From: Octopus vulgaris
Lineage: Eukaryota
Direction: 5' to 3'
Assembly: GCA_951406725.2 (NCBI GenBank)
Contig: OX597842.1
Span: 22,382,001-22,446,000 of the forward strand
Length of the DNA: 64,000 nt
Part shown: in pieces, positions 49,812 through 62,124 of the stretch
Numbering within the stretch: the first letter of the stretch is position 1
Layout: each line of letters opens with the position of its first letter
Translations under genes and position numbers: made by a program
The notes under the pieces: model-generated
Databases searched by the model: none
The model's input: the letters and a program-made list of their open reading frames with translations, nothing else
What the model was told of the DNA's origin: nothing

Positions 49812-51111
49812 GATCCGGTGCGCGCAGACGAGCATCCGTGCTAGCTAGTCGTAGGTAGTAGATCCTACAGCGACTTGCGTATGCAAATGAGCTGATTGGC
49901 GCAACATTGCAAAAACTAAGTTAATAGCGAGCCCCTACTGAAGCTTAAAAAATATTTTTCAACGATATACGGTGTATATTATTTTAAAGACAATTGCGGT
50001 TTTTTTTTCATTACAAAACAATTAGAAGCATTGAAAAAAAGCAAAACAACCTTAAGGACAGTCAAACTTTTTTTTTTCAAAGTAGACCACTACAGGCGAC
50101 AATTCACTTGTGTTTACTTTGAATAGCTACGGAAAACTTCGTTAACCATTCAGCTATGCTCGTTCTCTTTCAACTGGAATTTAAGCCCTGACCAACCCTA
50201 AACTATTAGACATTTTGGTCGTGGCCATCCCGCTTTGTTGTAAATCCAATACTGCATTGTTCAGTTTGACTTAAAAAAAAATTCGGCTGCTATTTCTAAC
50301 AGCTCGGTGGAAGATATCTCTTGACCGAAGTTGTACAAGGTCTGTGTTTGCTCCTTGTTTTCAGTTTCTCCAAAGACCCAACTGAACTCTCGTCTTTAAC
50401 TTCAGCTAAAGAGTTCCCAGTCCCAAGACTGCCCTGGCCGTGCAGACCTGATCAAAGGAGTTTATTTTTAACCAGACGTAAAGTAACCCTTTACTTCATA
50501 GAAATGTTTTATTTCTACGTGGGGGAAAATTTGGTTACTATAAGTTTACATTGAAGAGACTTGGTCGTTGACAGGAGCCTCATAAGTTAACGCAGTGAAC
50601 CATTTCATACGAGGCAATTAGTGTTATCTTCGTCTGTGATCTGTCACTGTACTACCCTTCCTCTATCTGCCTGGCAACTAAATTCAGACCCCACGTTGTT
50701 GGCTTGTCACCAGTAAACGATTTTCCTGTTGAAGCCTACAGTAAAATTACCTTGTTGGGGAGGGGTTAAGCCAATTTTTAAAAACTTTTTTTTTGAATTT
50801 TCATGCTGCAGTTTGCCGTAGCTATTCAAAGTAAACACAAGTGAATTGTCGCCTGTAGTGGTCTACTTTGAAAAAAAAATGTTTGACTGTCCTTAAGGTT
50901 GCTTTGCTTTTTTTTCAATGCTTCTAATTGTTTTGTAACGAAAAAAAAACGCAATTGTCCTTAAAATAATATACACCGTATATCGTTGAAAAATATTTCC
51001 TAAGCTCCATTAAGGGCTCGCTATTAACTTAGTTTTTGCAATGTTGCGCAAATCAGCTCATTTGCATACGCAAGTCGCTGTAGGATCGACCACCTACGAC
51101 TGGCTAGCGCG
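49812..51111. mobile_element. Foldback DNA-transposon-like element with ~295-bp TIRs; right tip replaced by a SINE
   Basis: 49841-50137 is reverse-complementary to 50811-51111; the terminus GGATCCGGTGCGCGC is related to the 22303-22587 MITE. Confidence 0.85.
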
Positions 51112-51421
51112 TAACTGGTACTTAATTTATCGACCCTGAAAGGATGAAAGGCAAAGTCGACCTCGGCGGAATTTGAACTCGCAACGTAACGCAGACGAAA
51201 TACCTATTTCTTTATTACCCACAGAGCGGACAAACAAGGACAGACATAGGTATTAAGTCGATTACATCGACCCCAGTGCGTAACTGGTACTTAATTTATC
51301 GACCCTGAAAGGATGAAAGGCAAAGTCGACCTCGGCGGAATTTGAACTCACAACGTAACGGCAGACGAAATACCGCTAAGCATTTCGCCCGACGTGCTAA
51401 CGTTTTGCCAGCTCACCGCCT
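51108..51421 (-). mobile_element. SINE family B partial dimer
   Basis: Reverse complement of family B. Confidence 0.85.
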
Positions 51422-52113
51422 TATCGTAAAACATTGTATAAGGAAATGGTTGTATAAAACAGGAACAAAGTGAAAAGAAAACCAAGTTTCAGTTTTACCT
51501 TGTATTTCTATACTTCGGGATGAGGGCCAGTTTTTCCGAACTTTTGCAAGAGCAGGAGTTGGACGAAACCATTCCTCCAATGGGTGTGATCTGAATTGGT
51601 GTGGAAGGCAGAAGAACGATGACATGCGCAGACTGGTCTGCGTGCGCGCGTGCTTCGTGTTCTTTCTTCCTCCTGGTCGAGGCTGATCTCAATTTGCTCA
51701 ATTTTCTTTATTCGTAAAAATGTTCGTTTTCTATGTTTGTGTTTGCATGCTTTCGTTTCTCATTGTGTCTACATTTTTTTTGCTGTCCTGTACGCATATA
51801 TGCATGTATATATACATATATATGTAGGTATATAAATATATGTATGTATATATGCATATATATATATGTGTGTGTGTGTGTATCTGTGTATATGCATGCA
51901 TGTATGTGCATGTAAATATATGTATATGTGTTTTTGTGTGTCACATGTTTTGCAAGCTTACATGACCAGCTTACTCAAAGTCACTGAATTGAATTGGACT
52001 TTTCAGGCAATAAAATTGCAAACGAATTTCACGCTTGAATAAATGAATACAATTACACACTGAATACATTTGGTGAAAATGGGACTGGAGGAGATATTAA
52101 ATAAGAAACATAA

Positions 52114-52680
52114 GCCCAGGAGTGACTGTGTGGTAAGTAGCTTGCCCAAGGTGTCATGACCAAAGCCTTGTGAGTGGATTTGGTAGAGGGAAACTGAAAG
52201 AAGCCCATTGTATATATATATAGATAGATAGATGCAGGAGTGGCTGTGTGGTAAGTAGCTTGTTTACCAACCACATGGCTCCGGGTTCAGTCCCACTGCG
52301 TGACACCTAGGGCAAGTGTCTTCTACTATAGCCTCGGGCCGACCGAAGCCTTGTGAGTGGATCTGGTAGACAGAAACTGAAAGAAGCCCATCGTATATAG
52401 GCGCAGGAGTGGCTGTGTGGTAAGTAGCTTTCCCAAGGTGTCATGACCAAAGCCTTGTGAGTGGATTTGGTAGAGGGAAACTGAAAGAAGCCCATTGTAT
52501 ATATATATAGATAGATACATGCAGGAGTGGCTGTGTGGTAAATAGCTTGTTTACCAACCACATGGTTCCGGGTTCAGTCCCACTGTGTGGTATCTTGGAC
52601 AAGTGTCTTCTACTATTGTCTCGGGCCGACCAAAGCCTTGTGAGTGGATTTGGTAGACAGAAACTGAAAGAAGCCCATTG

Positions 52681-52718
<38 letters not shown>

Positions 52719-52881
52719 TGCAGGAGTGGCTGTGTGGTAAGTAGCTTGCTTACCAACCACATGGTTCCGGGTTCAGTCCCACTGCGTGGCACCTTGGGCA
52801 AGTGTCTTCTACTATAGCCTCGGGCCGACCAAAGCCTTGTGAGTGGATTTGGTAGACAGAAACTGAAAGAAGCCCGTCGTA

Positions 52882-52912
<31 letters not shown>

Positions 52913-53124
52913 GTTTGTGTGTCTGTGTTTGTCCCCCTAGCATTGCTTGACAACCGATGCTGGTGTGTTTACGTCCCCGTCACTTAGTGGTTCGGCAAAA
53001 GAGACCGATATAATAAGTACTAGGCATACAAAGAATAAGTCCTGGGGTCGAGTTGCTTGACTAAAGGCGGTGCTCCAGCATGGCCGCAGTCAAATGACTG
53101 AAACAAGTAAAAGAGTAAAGAGTA
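52114..53124 (+). mobile_element. SINE family A with multiple tandem heads
   Basis: Repeated CAGGAGTG(G/A)CTGTGTGGTAA heads at ~52117, 52234, 52404, 52522 and 52721 before one full body. Confidence 0.88.
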
Positions 53125-53244
53125 TAAGTGCCAGGAAAATATTACAATGAATAGCTTTATTTGTTGAAAAGATTTACGCCCTGATTAAAATAGATGTACG
53201 GGGTGTAAAGTAAATGTTTTCAGGATCTTTACATTTTGAACCCT

Positions 53245-53475
53245 CTATCCGCTCAGTCGAAGTCGACTCTCGGTCACTTGTTGAATCGGTGTCCTCCAGT
53301 CAGTTCTATCCTTGGCCGCTTCCTTCAGATTGGCTATGTCCATTGCGGTATCACTCTTGATGGTGTAAAGCCAGCAGGTTCTTGGTCGGCCTCTTCCTCT
53401 CTTGCCACTGACCATTCCGAGCATGATGTCCTTCTCCAGGGATTCTCTCCACTTAATATGACCGAAATATGCCAT
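53245..53475 (-). mobile_element. RTE-clade LINE ORF2 3' fragment (uninterrupted paralogue of 17717-18192)
   Basis: YFGHIKWRESLEKDIMLGMVSGKRGRGRPRTCW...AAKDRTDWR. Confidence 0.85.
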
Positions 53476-53988
53476 TGAACTACAGATTTAAAAAATAATT
53501 TTTTGTAACTAGGATTGGAGGAATTACAACCATGTTTCGTGTTCTGCTACCACAACAGCTCTTTTATAGGATCCACTTAGCTCAAGATAACATCAGGAGG
53601 AACCACGTCCGGTTTCGGCCCCTACTCCTCTACCGTTTTGACGTGGCGGGGCCCAACATTTCGGAGGTGTCTTCAGCTCTGGTGTTGGGTGCATCTCTTC
53701 TTTCTTCTGTTCCCTGGCCTCTTTGATGTATCGTTTATGTGTGAACACGTAGACGCCAGGGAAAAGTGTTTTGTGTACTATATACTTATTTCTTTACTAC
53801 CCACAAGGGGCTAAATACAGAGAGGACAAATAAGGACAGACATAGTGCCTCAATATACGAGTTAATTTGTTCCTGGAGGCTGCTCATAAAGTGAAAACTC
53901 ATAAAGCAGAGCAATAATTTCTCATAGAAGCAATGTTATTAATGATAATTTGTTCCTAGAAAAATATTTTACCATAAAATTTATAATT

Positions 53989-54326
53989 GAGACCCCCTTC
54001 GATCACGAATGACCATGGGATTGCACCTAGAAATTTACCCTCCAAGGTACAAATCCGGGCAAGGTTGCCTATGGAAGACCAGCAGTCACCCATGCATACC
54101 AGCTTCCCCTCTCCTCGCCACTGATGTTATCCAAGGGAAAGGCAAAGGGGCCGATACAGCTTGGCACTAGTGACGTCGCAACTCATTTCTACAGCTGAGT
54201 GGACTGAAGCAACGTGAAATAAAGTGTCTTGCTCAAGAACACAACACACAGCCCAGTCTGGGAATCAAACTCACAACCTCACGATCGTAAGCTCGACGCT
54301 CTAACCACTGAGCCATGCACCTTCAC
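53989..54326 (-). mobile_element. SINE family E with 12-bp TSD
   Basis: Reverse complement of 24947-25276; AAAATTTATAAT at 53976-53987 and 54327-54338. Confidence 0.88.
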
Positions 54327-54346
54327 AAAATTTATAATACTCATAA

Positions 54347-54728
54347 GTGGAGGCGCAATGGCCCAGTGGTTAGGGCAGCGGACTCGCGGTCATAGGATCG
54401 CGGTTTCGATTCCCAGACCGGGTGTTGTGAGTGTTTATTGAGCGAAAACACCTAAAGCTCCACGAGGCTCTGGCAGGGATGGTGGTGATCCCTGCTGTAC
54501 TCTTTCACAACTTTCTCTCAAGCTTACTTCCTGTTTCTGTTGTACCTGTATTTCAAAGGGCCGGCCTTGTCACTCTCTGTGTCACGCTGAATATCCCCGA
54601 GAACTACATAAAGGGTACACGTGTCTGTGGAGTGCTCAGCCACTTACACATTAATTTCACGAGCAGGCTGCTCCGTTGATTCGGATCAACCGGAACCCTC
54701 ATCGTCGTAACCGACAGAGTGCTTCCAC
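54347..54728 (+). mobile_element. SINE with family C head but a different 3' half; 11-bp TSD
   Basis: Head as in 43180; AATACTCATAA at 54336-54346 and 54729-54739. Confidence 0.85.
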
Positions 54729-55319
54729 AATACTCATAAATAAATGGCAATAAAACAACAGCAAAATGTAAAGAATATTTAATGCGAAGTAAAAAGAATC
54801 TCCAGATCATTTAGAATAGACAAAATATTATTATTATTGTTTTCTGAATCCTTTTCATTATAATCGTGCACATCATCACTTGTAGATGGGACTGCCAATT
54901 CACAAGCACACATAGATGAATTTGTAGATTTCTTTTAAAAAACAAGTCTAAAGTTTCGTTTTCGGATTTGGTTTGCAAGATTCTTTATATTAATTCGTGT
55001 GTTGAAGCATATTCTGTTGTGTCTGGGGAGAGTCATTTGCTTCCACGGAAACACCCGAAGTGAAATGTTTTGATTTTGTCGAAAGAATGCTGTTTAAATT
55101 TCATTTCATCTCGATTAGCATGTCTTGGGGGCACACCCTGCTGTTCTTCGTTTTATTGTGAATTCCAACGAAATACTTCCAGATCATCAGATAACATGGT
55201 AATTCAACATTGCAAATAAACACTGTTTTATTGTGAATTACAACGAAATACATTTCGTTTTCGGATTTGGTTTGCAAGATTCTTTATATGAGTTCGTGTG
55301 TTGAAGCATATTCTGTTGT

Positions 55320-55570
55320 GTCTGGGGAGAGTCATTTTCTTTTTGTGCCTTATAAGGCGACACACTCCCCGGTAAAATTACCACTTATTTCTTATTTTTA
55401 TTTTCCTAAAAGTTTCGTTGCATCGTGTAACCTTTTCAATATTGCAACCTATTGAAAAGGTTGCAAGACGCAAAGAAAATTTTAGGAAAATAAAAATAAG
55501 AAATAAGTGGAAATTCTACCGATGAGTGTGTTACATTATAAGGCACAAAAACAAAATGGCTCTCCCCAGA
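55320..55570. repeat. ~120-bp-arm imperfect palindrome of an unclassified repeat
   Basis: TCTGGGGAGAGTCATTTT...AACCTTTTCAAT versus ATTGAAAAGGTT...AAAATGGCTCTCCCCAGA; partial direct duplicate at 54954-55038 vs 55255-55337. Confidence 0.75.
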
Positions 55571-55865
55571 CGAGAATGGAAGGTGCGGTGAAAGGGTCTT
55601 TCATCTCAGGCCCCGGTTTGCTGACCTACTTCAGATACCATCTGAAGAGCAAGATGGGGCTGAAGAGGAGGATCCTGCCACCGACAGTATTCGAGAAACG
55701 ATGGATGTGATGAGAAAGGTGGGTGTTAGTAACCCAGCTTAATCATTGAGGAAAGGAAAAGTTCGTTGTTGGGCCTTACAGGCTGCCGGGTGCGACCCAT
55801 AACGTTTTGTTCTTGTTTTTCTTTGATTTAGTTTCAGTTTAAATAAAAGTTCTAGTTAAATGAAA
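55571..55865 (+). mobile_element. Probable L1/Tx1-type LINE 3' end
   Basis: RMEGAVKGSFISGPGLLTYFRYHLKSKMGLKRRILPPTVFEKRW resembles a Tx1-type ORF2 C-terminus, followed by a T-rich UTR and AATAAA. Confidence 0.5.
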
Positions 55866-56005
55866 ATTCAAACGATATATAAAATACATATTATTTAAGT
55901 AAATTTTTAATATTTATATTATGCGAACACATGAAACATATTTGTCTTTTGTTTGTCCTGTATTGTCCCATTTTATGTAAGATCACCATGATCATAATAA
56001 AGATA

Positions 56006-56432
56006 GGCAATCTTTCGTCTCTAGTAGACCTTTCCGTCGATTTCCGTAAAAAATTTTTTTTTTTACATATGGGCTTGCGGGAACTTTTGAAGTAATGAGA
56101 GCGAAAGAGACTAAGAGAAAGCGATTGTATGACGAGGGAAGTTCTTTTGAAGTTACCGTGCATGGGAGCATTGATGGACATGTGTGTGTGCGTGCGTGTG
56201 TGTGTTTGATGGGGTGTGGGAGACAGACAGTATGTTGTGTAAGTGAAGTGCTTCTGTTAGTGTGTGTGAAGAGACAGAGTAATGTGTGAAAGAAAGAGAT
56301 AACTGAAATTTTTTACTCGGTGTATGTGTATATGTATGTATATTACTTCAAAAGTTCCCGCAAGCCCATATGTAAAAAAAAAAAAAATTTACGGAGATCG
56401 ACGGAAAGGTCTACTAGAGACGAAAGATCGCC
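56006..56432. mobile_element. MITE, GG-ended TIRs, 8-bp TSD (Merlin-like by end signature)
   Basis: TSD TAAAGATA at 55998-56005 and 56433-56440; empty site in the paralogue at ~49730-49737. Confidence 0.9.
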
Positions 56433-56926
56433 TAAAGATATTCTCCCCAAACACAGCAGAATATTCAAATGAAGAACTAAGACATACCAGGTGACAACTT
56501 TCGGATATTTAGTACGTTTCGTTTGTTCCCAGTCGATTTTTACTTTTCCCAAAAATTTTGTTGACTTTAATCTCCAGTTAATTGCACTTTGGTGTAATAT
56601 AATTACATTTCTCACGGAACACTGAGTTATATATTATAACAGGTAAAATATAACATATATTTTATTTTTAGTAAATTTCTGTGAATATGGGTTAATTGAA
56701 ATTTCCTGTCACACGTGAAAGTTCCCGAGTTTTTTTATTGTCTATCCTCAAATGTAATTAATTGTAATTAAACAGGCCTACCTGCAAAACTACTGCACAC
56801 CTGTCTTTGCTTTCTCATAACTTAGAGTGAAATGAATATTTTTAAATGAAATTTTCAGGTGGTGTAGATTACAATTATATCATGAATAAAATACGGTGCG
56901 CACACATACATACTGATATACATCAC

Positions 56927-56962
<36 letters not shown>

Positions 56963-57251
56963 GTATATATATAAAATTTAAAGGACTGATCACTAAAAGT
57001 GGACGGTCAATATGCTAGATATAGACGTCAAAATCGCTATTTTCCACCAAGAATGTGTTCTCAAGAGAAAACTCAGTACATTGACGTCTATATCTAGCAT
57101 ATTGACCGTCCACTTTTAGTTGTCAGTCCTTTAAATTTTGTATGTAAAAAATATTTTAATCTTCATATTTTTTTAATATGCTGGGCCACTGGTTTTAATT
57201 GATTAATATCAATTTCTACCCTTATTCAACTATATATATAGATGCAGCACG

Positions 57252-57291
<40 letters not shown>

Positions 57292-57805
57292 CCCGTAAAT
57301 CTTCGAGTATAATCCGCATTTTTTTCAAAAAATTTAATGGTCAATATCCCTAGTGCGTACTATATACCAGGTTAAAAATGAAAATCATTTCCTAAGCAAT
57401 GTCCGAGACTATTTGCTGTCCGCCAATGTTTATTCAGACGCATTTTGTGATGTCGGGCGTGAAAATACCTTAAAGCTAAGCCTGAAAGCAATGAAGTCAT
57501 AAAAGAATCATCCATAACTTGCAGTAAGCAACATTTATTAAACGTTATTACTGTTATTTCTTTATTTTCTGCAAACAAAATGCACAAAAAAGCTACACGT
57601 TTGCATTATGTTATATATACAGTAATAATAAAGGACGTTACCGTATACATTTTTGCAAACCAAGGATGTTATATAGACCTCCTTGACTCAAGTTAGAGAA
57701 GGGGTGCATATTATACACAAGGTTTAGGTTTTTCAGTGGTACAGCACCCTAAAAATCCCCTGCGTATTATACTCAAGGGCGAACCATACTCGAGGATTTA
57801 CGGTA
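57292..57805. mobile_element. pogo/Tc1-mariner-like MITE
   Basis: CCGTAAATCTTCGAGTAT ... ATACTCGAGGATTTACGG-TA; one-ended paralogue at 48462-48948. Confidence 0.78.
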
Positions 57806-57832
57806 ATCGGAATCGAACCATCTGAAAAGTAT

Positions 57833-58523
57833 TTACTCTTTTACTTGTTTTTTGCCCAACCGCTAAGTAACGGGGACATAAGCACACCAGCATCGGTTGT
57901 CAAGCAATGCTAGGGGACAAACACAGACACACAAACATACACGCACACAGACATATATATATATATATATATATACATGGCTGTGTGGTAAGTAGCTTGT
58001 TTACCAACCACATGGTTCTGGGTTCAGTCCCACTGCGTGGCACCTTGGGCAAGTGTCTTCTACTATAGCCTCGGGCCAACCAAAGCCTTGTGAGTGGATT
58101 TGGTAGACGGAAACTGAAAGAAGCCCGTCGTTTATATGTATATATATGTGTGTGTGTGTTTGTCCCCCAAGCATTGCTTGACAACCGATGCTGGTGTGTT
58201 TATGTCCCCGTCACTTAGCGGTTTGGCAAAACAGACCGATAGAATAAGTACTGGGCTTACAAAGAATAAGTCCCGGGGTCGAGGTGCTAGATTAAAGGCG
58301 GTGCTCCAGCATGGCCGCAGTCAAATGACTGAAACAAGTAAAAGAGTAAAGAGTAAAAAGAGTAATATACGACGGGCTTCTTTCAGTTTCCGTCTACCAA
58401 ATCCACTCACAAGGCTTTGGTCGGCCCGAGGCTATAGTAGAAGACACTTGCCCAAGGTACAACGCAGTGGGACTGAACCCGGAAGCATGTGGTTGGTAAA
58501 CAAGCTACTTACCACACAGCCAC
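57833..58523. mobile_element. Nested SINE family A: plus-strand copy (57978-58365) inside the (TA)n of a minus-strand copy
   Basis: Minus-strand tail portion at 57833-57960 and head portion at 58368-58523 flank a plus-strand copy. Confidence 0.82.
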
Positions 58524-58742
58524 AGACAATTTCACTACAACGTGCCTATTTTTCTGAAAGTTACTGGTAAAACCAAGACAGTGGGATGGAATACACTTGT
58601 GTGGGCTTGCTATTTATCTATTTGGATATTGTAAAGACTGATCAATTATGTGTCTCAACATACGTACCTTTTTATATTGCATATGTCCACTTCCATTGTA
58701 TTTACTAGAATTTATTACAAAAGGTACACATAGGTACAATAT

Positions 58743-59425
58743 AGGCGCATGAGTGGCTGTGTGGTAAGTAGCTTGCTTACCAACCACATGGTTCCGAGTT
58801 CAGTCCCACTGCGTGGCACCTTGGGCAAGTGTCTTCTACTATAGCCTCGGGCCGACCAAAGCCTTGTGAGTGGATTTGTTAGACGGAAACCTAAGAAAAG
58901 CCCGTCGTATATATGTATATATATATGTGTGTGTGTATGTTTGTGTGTCTGTGTTTGTCCCCCTAGCATTGTTTGACAACCGATGCTGGTGTGTTTACGT
59001 CCCCGTTACTTAGCGGTTCGGCAAAAGAGACCGATAGAATAAGTACTGGGCTTACAAAAGAATAAGTCCCGGGGGTCGAGTTGCTCGATTAAAGGCAGTG
59101 CTCCAGCATGGCCGCAGTCAAAATGACTGAAACAAGGAAAAGAGAAAAGAGAGAATAGGCGCAGGAGTGGCTGTGTGGTAAGTAGCTTGCTAACCAACCA
59201 CATGGTTCCGGGTTCAATCCCACTGCGTGGCATCTTGGGCAAGTGTCTTCTGCTATAGCCCCGGGCCGACCAATGCCTTGTGAGTGGAAACAGAAAGAAG
59301 CCTGTCGTATATATGTGTATATATATATATATATAAATGTGTGTGTGTGTGTGTATATATATATACGTTTGTGTGTATGTGTTTGTCCCCCTAGCATTGC
59401 ATGACAACCGATGCTGGTGTGTTTA
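58743..59425 (+). mobile_element. Two tandem SINE family A copies, the second cut by a foldback-end fragment (59426-59510)
   Basis: Family A consensus at 58743-59155 and 59157-59425. Confidence 0.85.
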
Positions 59426-59667
59426 CACATTCTACCAGTATACGAAGTTTAAAAGTGTTTAGTTAACTAGAAATTGTGTTGACATGTGCCGTTCAAAAGG
59501 AAAAGATCCCTAAAGTTAACTTTGCTTTTCATCCTTTCGGAATTGATACAAAAAAAAAAAGATGTAGTGGTTGAACCCTGGATCCAACTATTTCCATTTC
59601 TACTCCCCTCTAACTACCTCACCAAGGAAACAAAGAAAAAGTAAAAAGAAAAAAAAAGAAAAGGGTG

Positions 59668-60388
59668 ATGCTTACGAACCACTTGGTTCCAGGTTCAGTC
59701 CCACTGCGTGACACCTTGGGTAAGTGTCTTCTACTGTAGCCTTGGGCTGACCAAAGCCTTGTGAGTGGATTTGGTAGACGGAAACTGTAAGAAGCCCATC
59801 GTATGTAGGCGCAGGAGTGGCTGTGTGGTAAGTAGCTTGCTCACGAACCACATGGTTCCAGGTTCAGTCCCACTGTGTGGCACCTTGGGCAAGTGTCTTC
59901 CACTATAGCCCCAAGGCGACCAAAGCCTTGTGAGTGGATTTGGTAGACGGAAACTGTAAGAAGCCCATCGTATGTAGGCGCAGGAGTGGCTGTGTGGTAA
60001 GTAGCTTGCTCACGAACCACATGGTTCCAGGTTCAGTCCCACTGTGTGGCACCTTGGGCAAGTGTCTTCCACTATAGCCCCAAGGCGACCAAAGCCTTGT
60101 GAGTGGATTTGGTAGACGGAAACTGAAAGAAGCCCGTCTTATATATGCATATGTGTGTATATATATTTATGTCTGTGTGTGTTTGTGTGTCTGTATTTGT
60201 ACACCAACATCGCTTGACAACCGATGATGGTGTGTTTATGTCCCCGTAACTTAGCGGTTTGGCAAAAGACACCAATAGAATAAAGTACTAGGCTTACAAA
60301 GAATAATTCCTGGGGTCGATTTGCTCGACTAACGGCGGTGCTCCAGCATGGCCACAGTCACGTGACTGAAACAAGTAAAAGAGTAAAG
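59668..60388 (+). mobile_element. SINE family A with three tandem heads
   Basis: Head unit (~170 bp) repeated before a full body. Confidence 0.87.
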
Positions 60389-60626
60389 AATATGGTAATT
60401 AAGCAGCAAGAGGTGGAGGGAGGGAGTTAGGGGTTTTATCTTTTCCTTTATGTTTCAGCCATTGTAAGACTGTGGCCATGCTGGGGCACAGCTTTGAACA
60501 AATTTTTGTCAAAACTTATCAAACCCAGTACTTTGGTATTTATTCTATTGGTCTTTCTTGCCAAACTGCTAAGTTATGGGGGACATAATCACACCAACTG
60601 TGATTGTCAGACAATCGTGGAGCACG

Positions 60627-60678
<52 letters not shown>

Positions 60679-60689
60679 TAATTAGGATA

Positions 60690-61090
60690 TACTCTTTTAA
60701 TTGTTTCAGTCATTTGACTGCGGCCATGATGGAGCACCGCCTTTAATCTAGCAACTCGACCCCAGGACTTATTCTTTGTAAGCCCAGTACTTATTCTATC
60801 GGTCTCTTTTGCCGAACCACTAAGTAACGGGGACATAAACACACCAGCATTGGTTGTCAAGCAATGCTAGAGGGACAAACACAGACACATAAACACACAC
60901 ACGCATATATATATATACATATATACGACGGGCTTCTTTCAGTTTCCATCTACCAAATCCACTCACAAGGCATTGGTCGGCCCGGGGCTATAGTAGAAGA
61001 CACTTGCCCAAGGTGCCACGCAGTGGGACTGAAACCGGAACCATGTGGTTGGTAAGCAAGCTACTTACCACACAGCCACTCCTGCACCTA
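60690..61090 (-). mobile_element. SINE family A
   Basis: Family A consensus. Confidence 0.88.
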
Positions 61091-61283
61091 TATATATACA
61101 TAATTAGAATAAAATCATTATTTAATGATTTATCAGTGGCCAGCAAACTAAGAATACCATATTGGTTAATTTATATTAAAATTATAATAAGGGTGCTAAA
61201 TGATTTCAACACCAGTCCGCTAGAAATAGACCCCAAATAGTCCATGAACTACTTAGATTATTACTCCAGTACACAAGGCTGTA

Positions 61284-61320
<37 letters not shown>

Positions 61321-61325
<5 letters not shown>

Positions 61326-61857
61326 TGGTTGTATACTGTCAACTTAACGTGACAGTCCTGTAAGGGAATTACACCACCCCTGTTTAGCCCTAGGAAACAT
61401 TGACGCTTACTGTCGTCTTTAACACATTTCCTGTGTCCTTATATATATTTACGAAGGGGAGACAAACACCCTCAACAGCTAGGCCTGCATCTAGAGACAC
61501 GCATATTTCAGGGTCTTGCCTATCATCAGTCTAGAGTAGCAGAGGCCTGCTAGCTGAAGATATTTGTCTAGACTTCGTAAATATATATATATATTTTCAG
61601 TGAAGTTTATTCACTGATCACCAAAATCAGAAATATTAAATTTCTAAATATCTCATAGAGATATGTATGGTCGTGGAGCGATAGAGTGGTTGTAGGAAAT
61701 GTGTCAAGGCCGACAGGAAGCGTTTATGCTCCCTAGGGTTAAACAGTGGTGGTGTAATTCCCTTACAGGACTGTCACGTTAAGTTGACAGTATACAACTA
61801 CTCTATCACCGTACATATCTCTATGAGATATTTAGAAATTTAATATTTCTGATTTAT
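61321..61857. mobile_element. Penelope-like element remnant with nested inverted repeats, in microsatellite context
   Basis: 61321-61432 is reverse-complementary to ~61692-61805, and 61623-61670 to 61809-61857. It carries a hammerhead and is homologous in layout to 3306-3720. Confidence 0.7.
61490..61535 (-). ncRNA. Minimal type I hammerhead ribozyme
   Basis: Minus strand: TCTAGA-CTGATGA-T-AGG-CAAGAC-CCT-GAAA-TATGCGT-GTC-TCTAGA. It has an intact CUGAUGA/GAAA/GUC core and stems I-III, and stem I extends over 61476-61556. Confidence 0.8.
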
Positions 61858-61874
61858 ATATATATATATATAAT

Positions 61875-61917
<43 letters not shown>

Positions 61918-61984
61918 GGAGTAAACACATAAATGTGAAACAATGTGGAAAAAAGAGTACTCAAATACCAGTGGTAGAGTAATA

Positions 61985-62071
61985 TGCTTTATTTAAAGCA
62001 GCAGAAAATTCAACAAAACCTGTTACTCTGAGTAACAGGTTTTGTTGAATTTTCTGCTGCTTTAAATAAAG

Positions 62072-62072
<1 letters not shown>
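61985..62072. repeat. Near-perfect ~85-bp palindrome within (TA)n
   Basis: CTTTATTTAAAGCAGCAGAAAATTCAACAAAACCTGTTACTC-T-GAGTAACAGGTTTTGTTGAATTTTCTGCTGCTTTAAATAAAG. Confidence 0.85.

Positions 62073-62124
<52 letters not shown>

Noticed and set aside
55640-55700. CTGAAGAG...GAAAC hammerhead-like words
   Set aside because: No stem II or stem I pairing can be formed; the region reads as LINE coding sequence.
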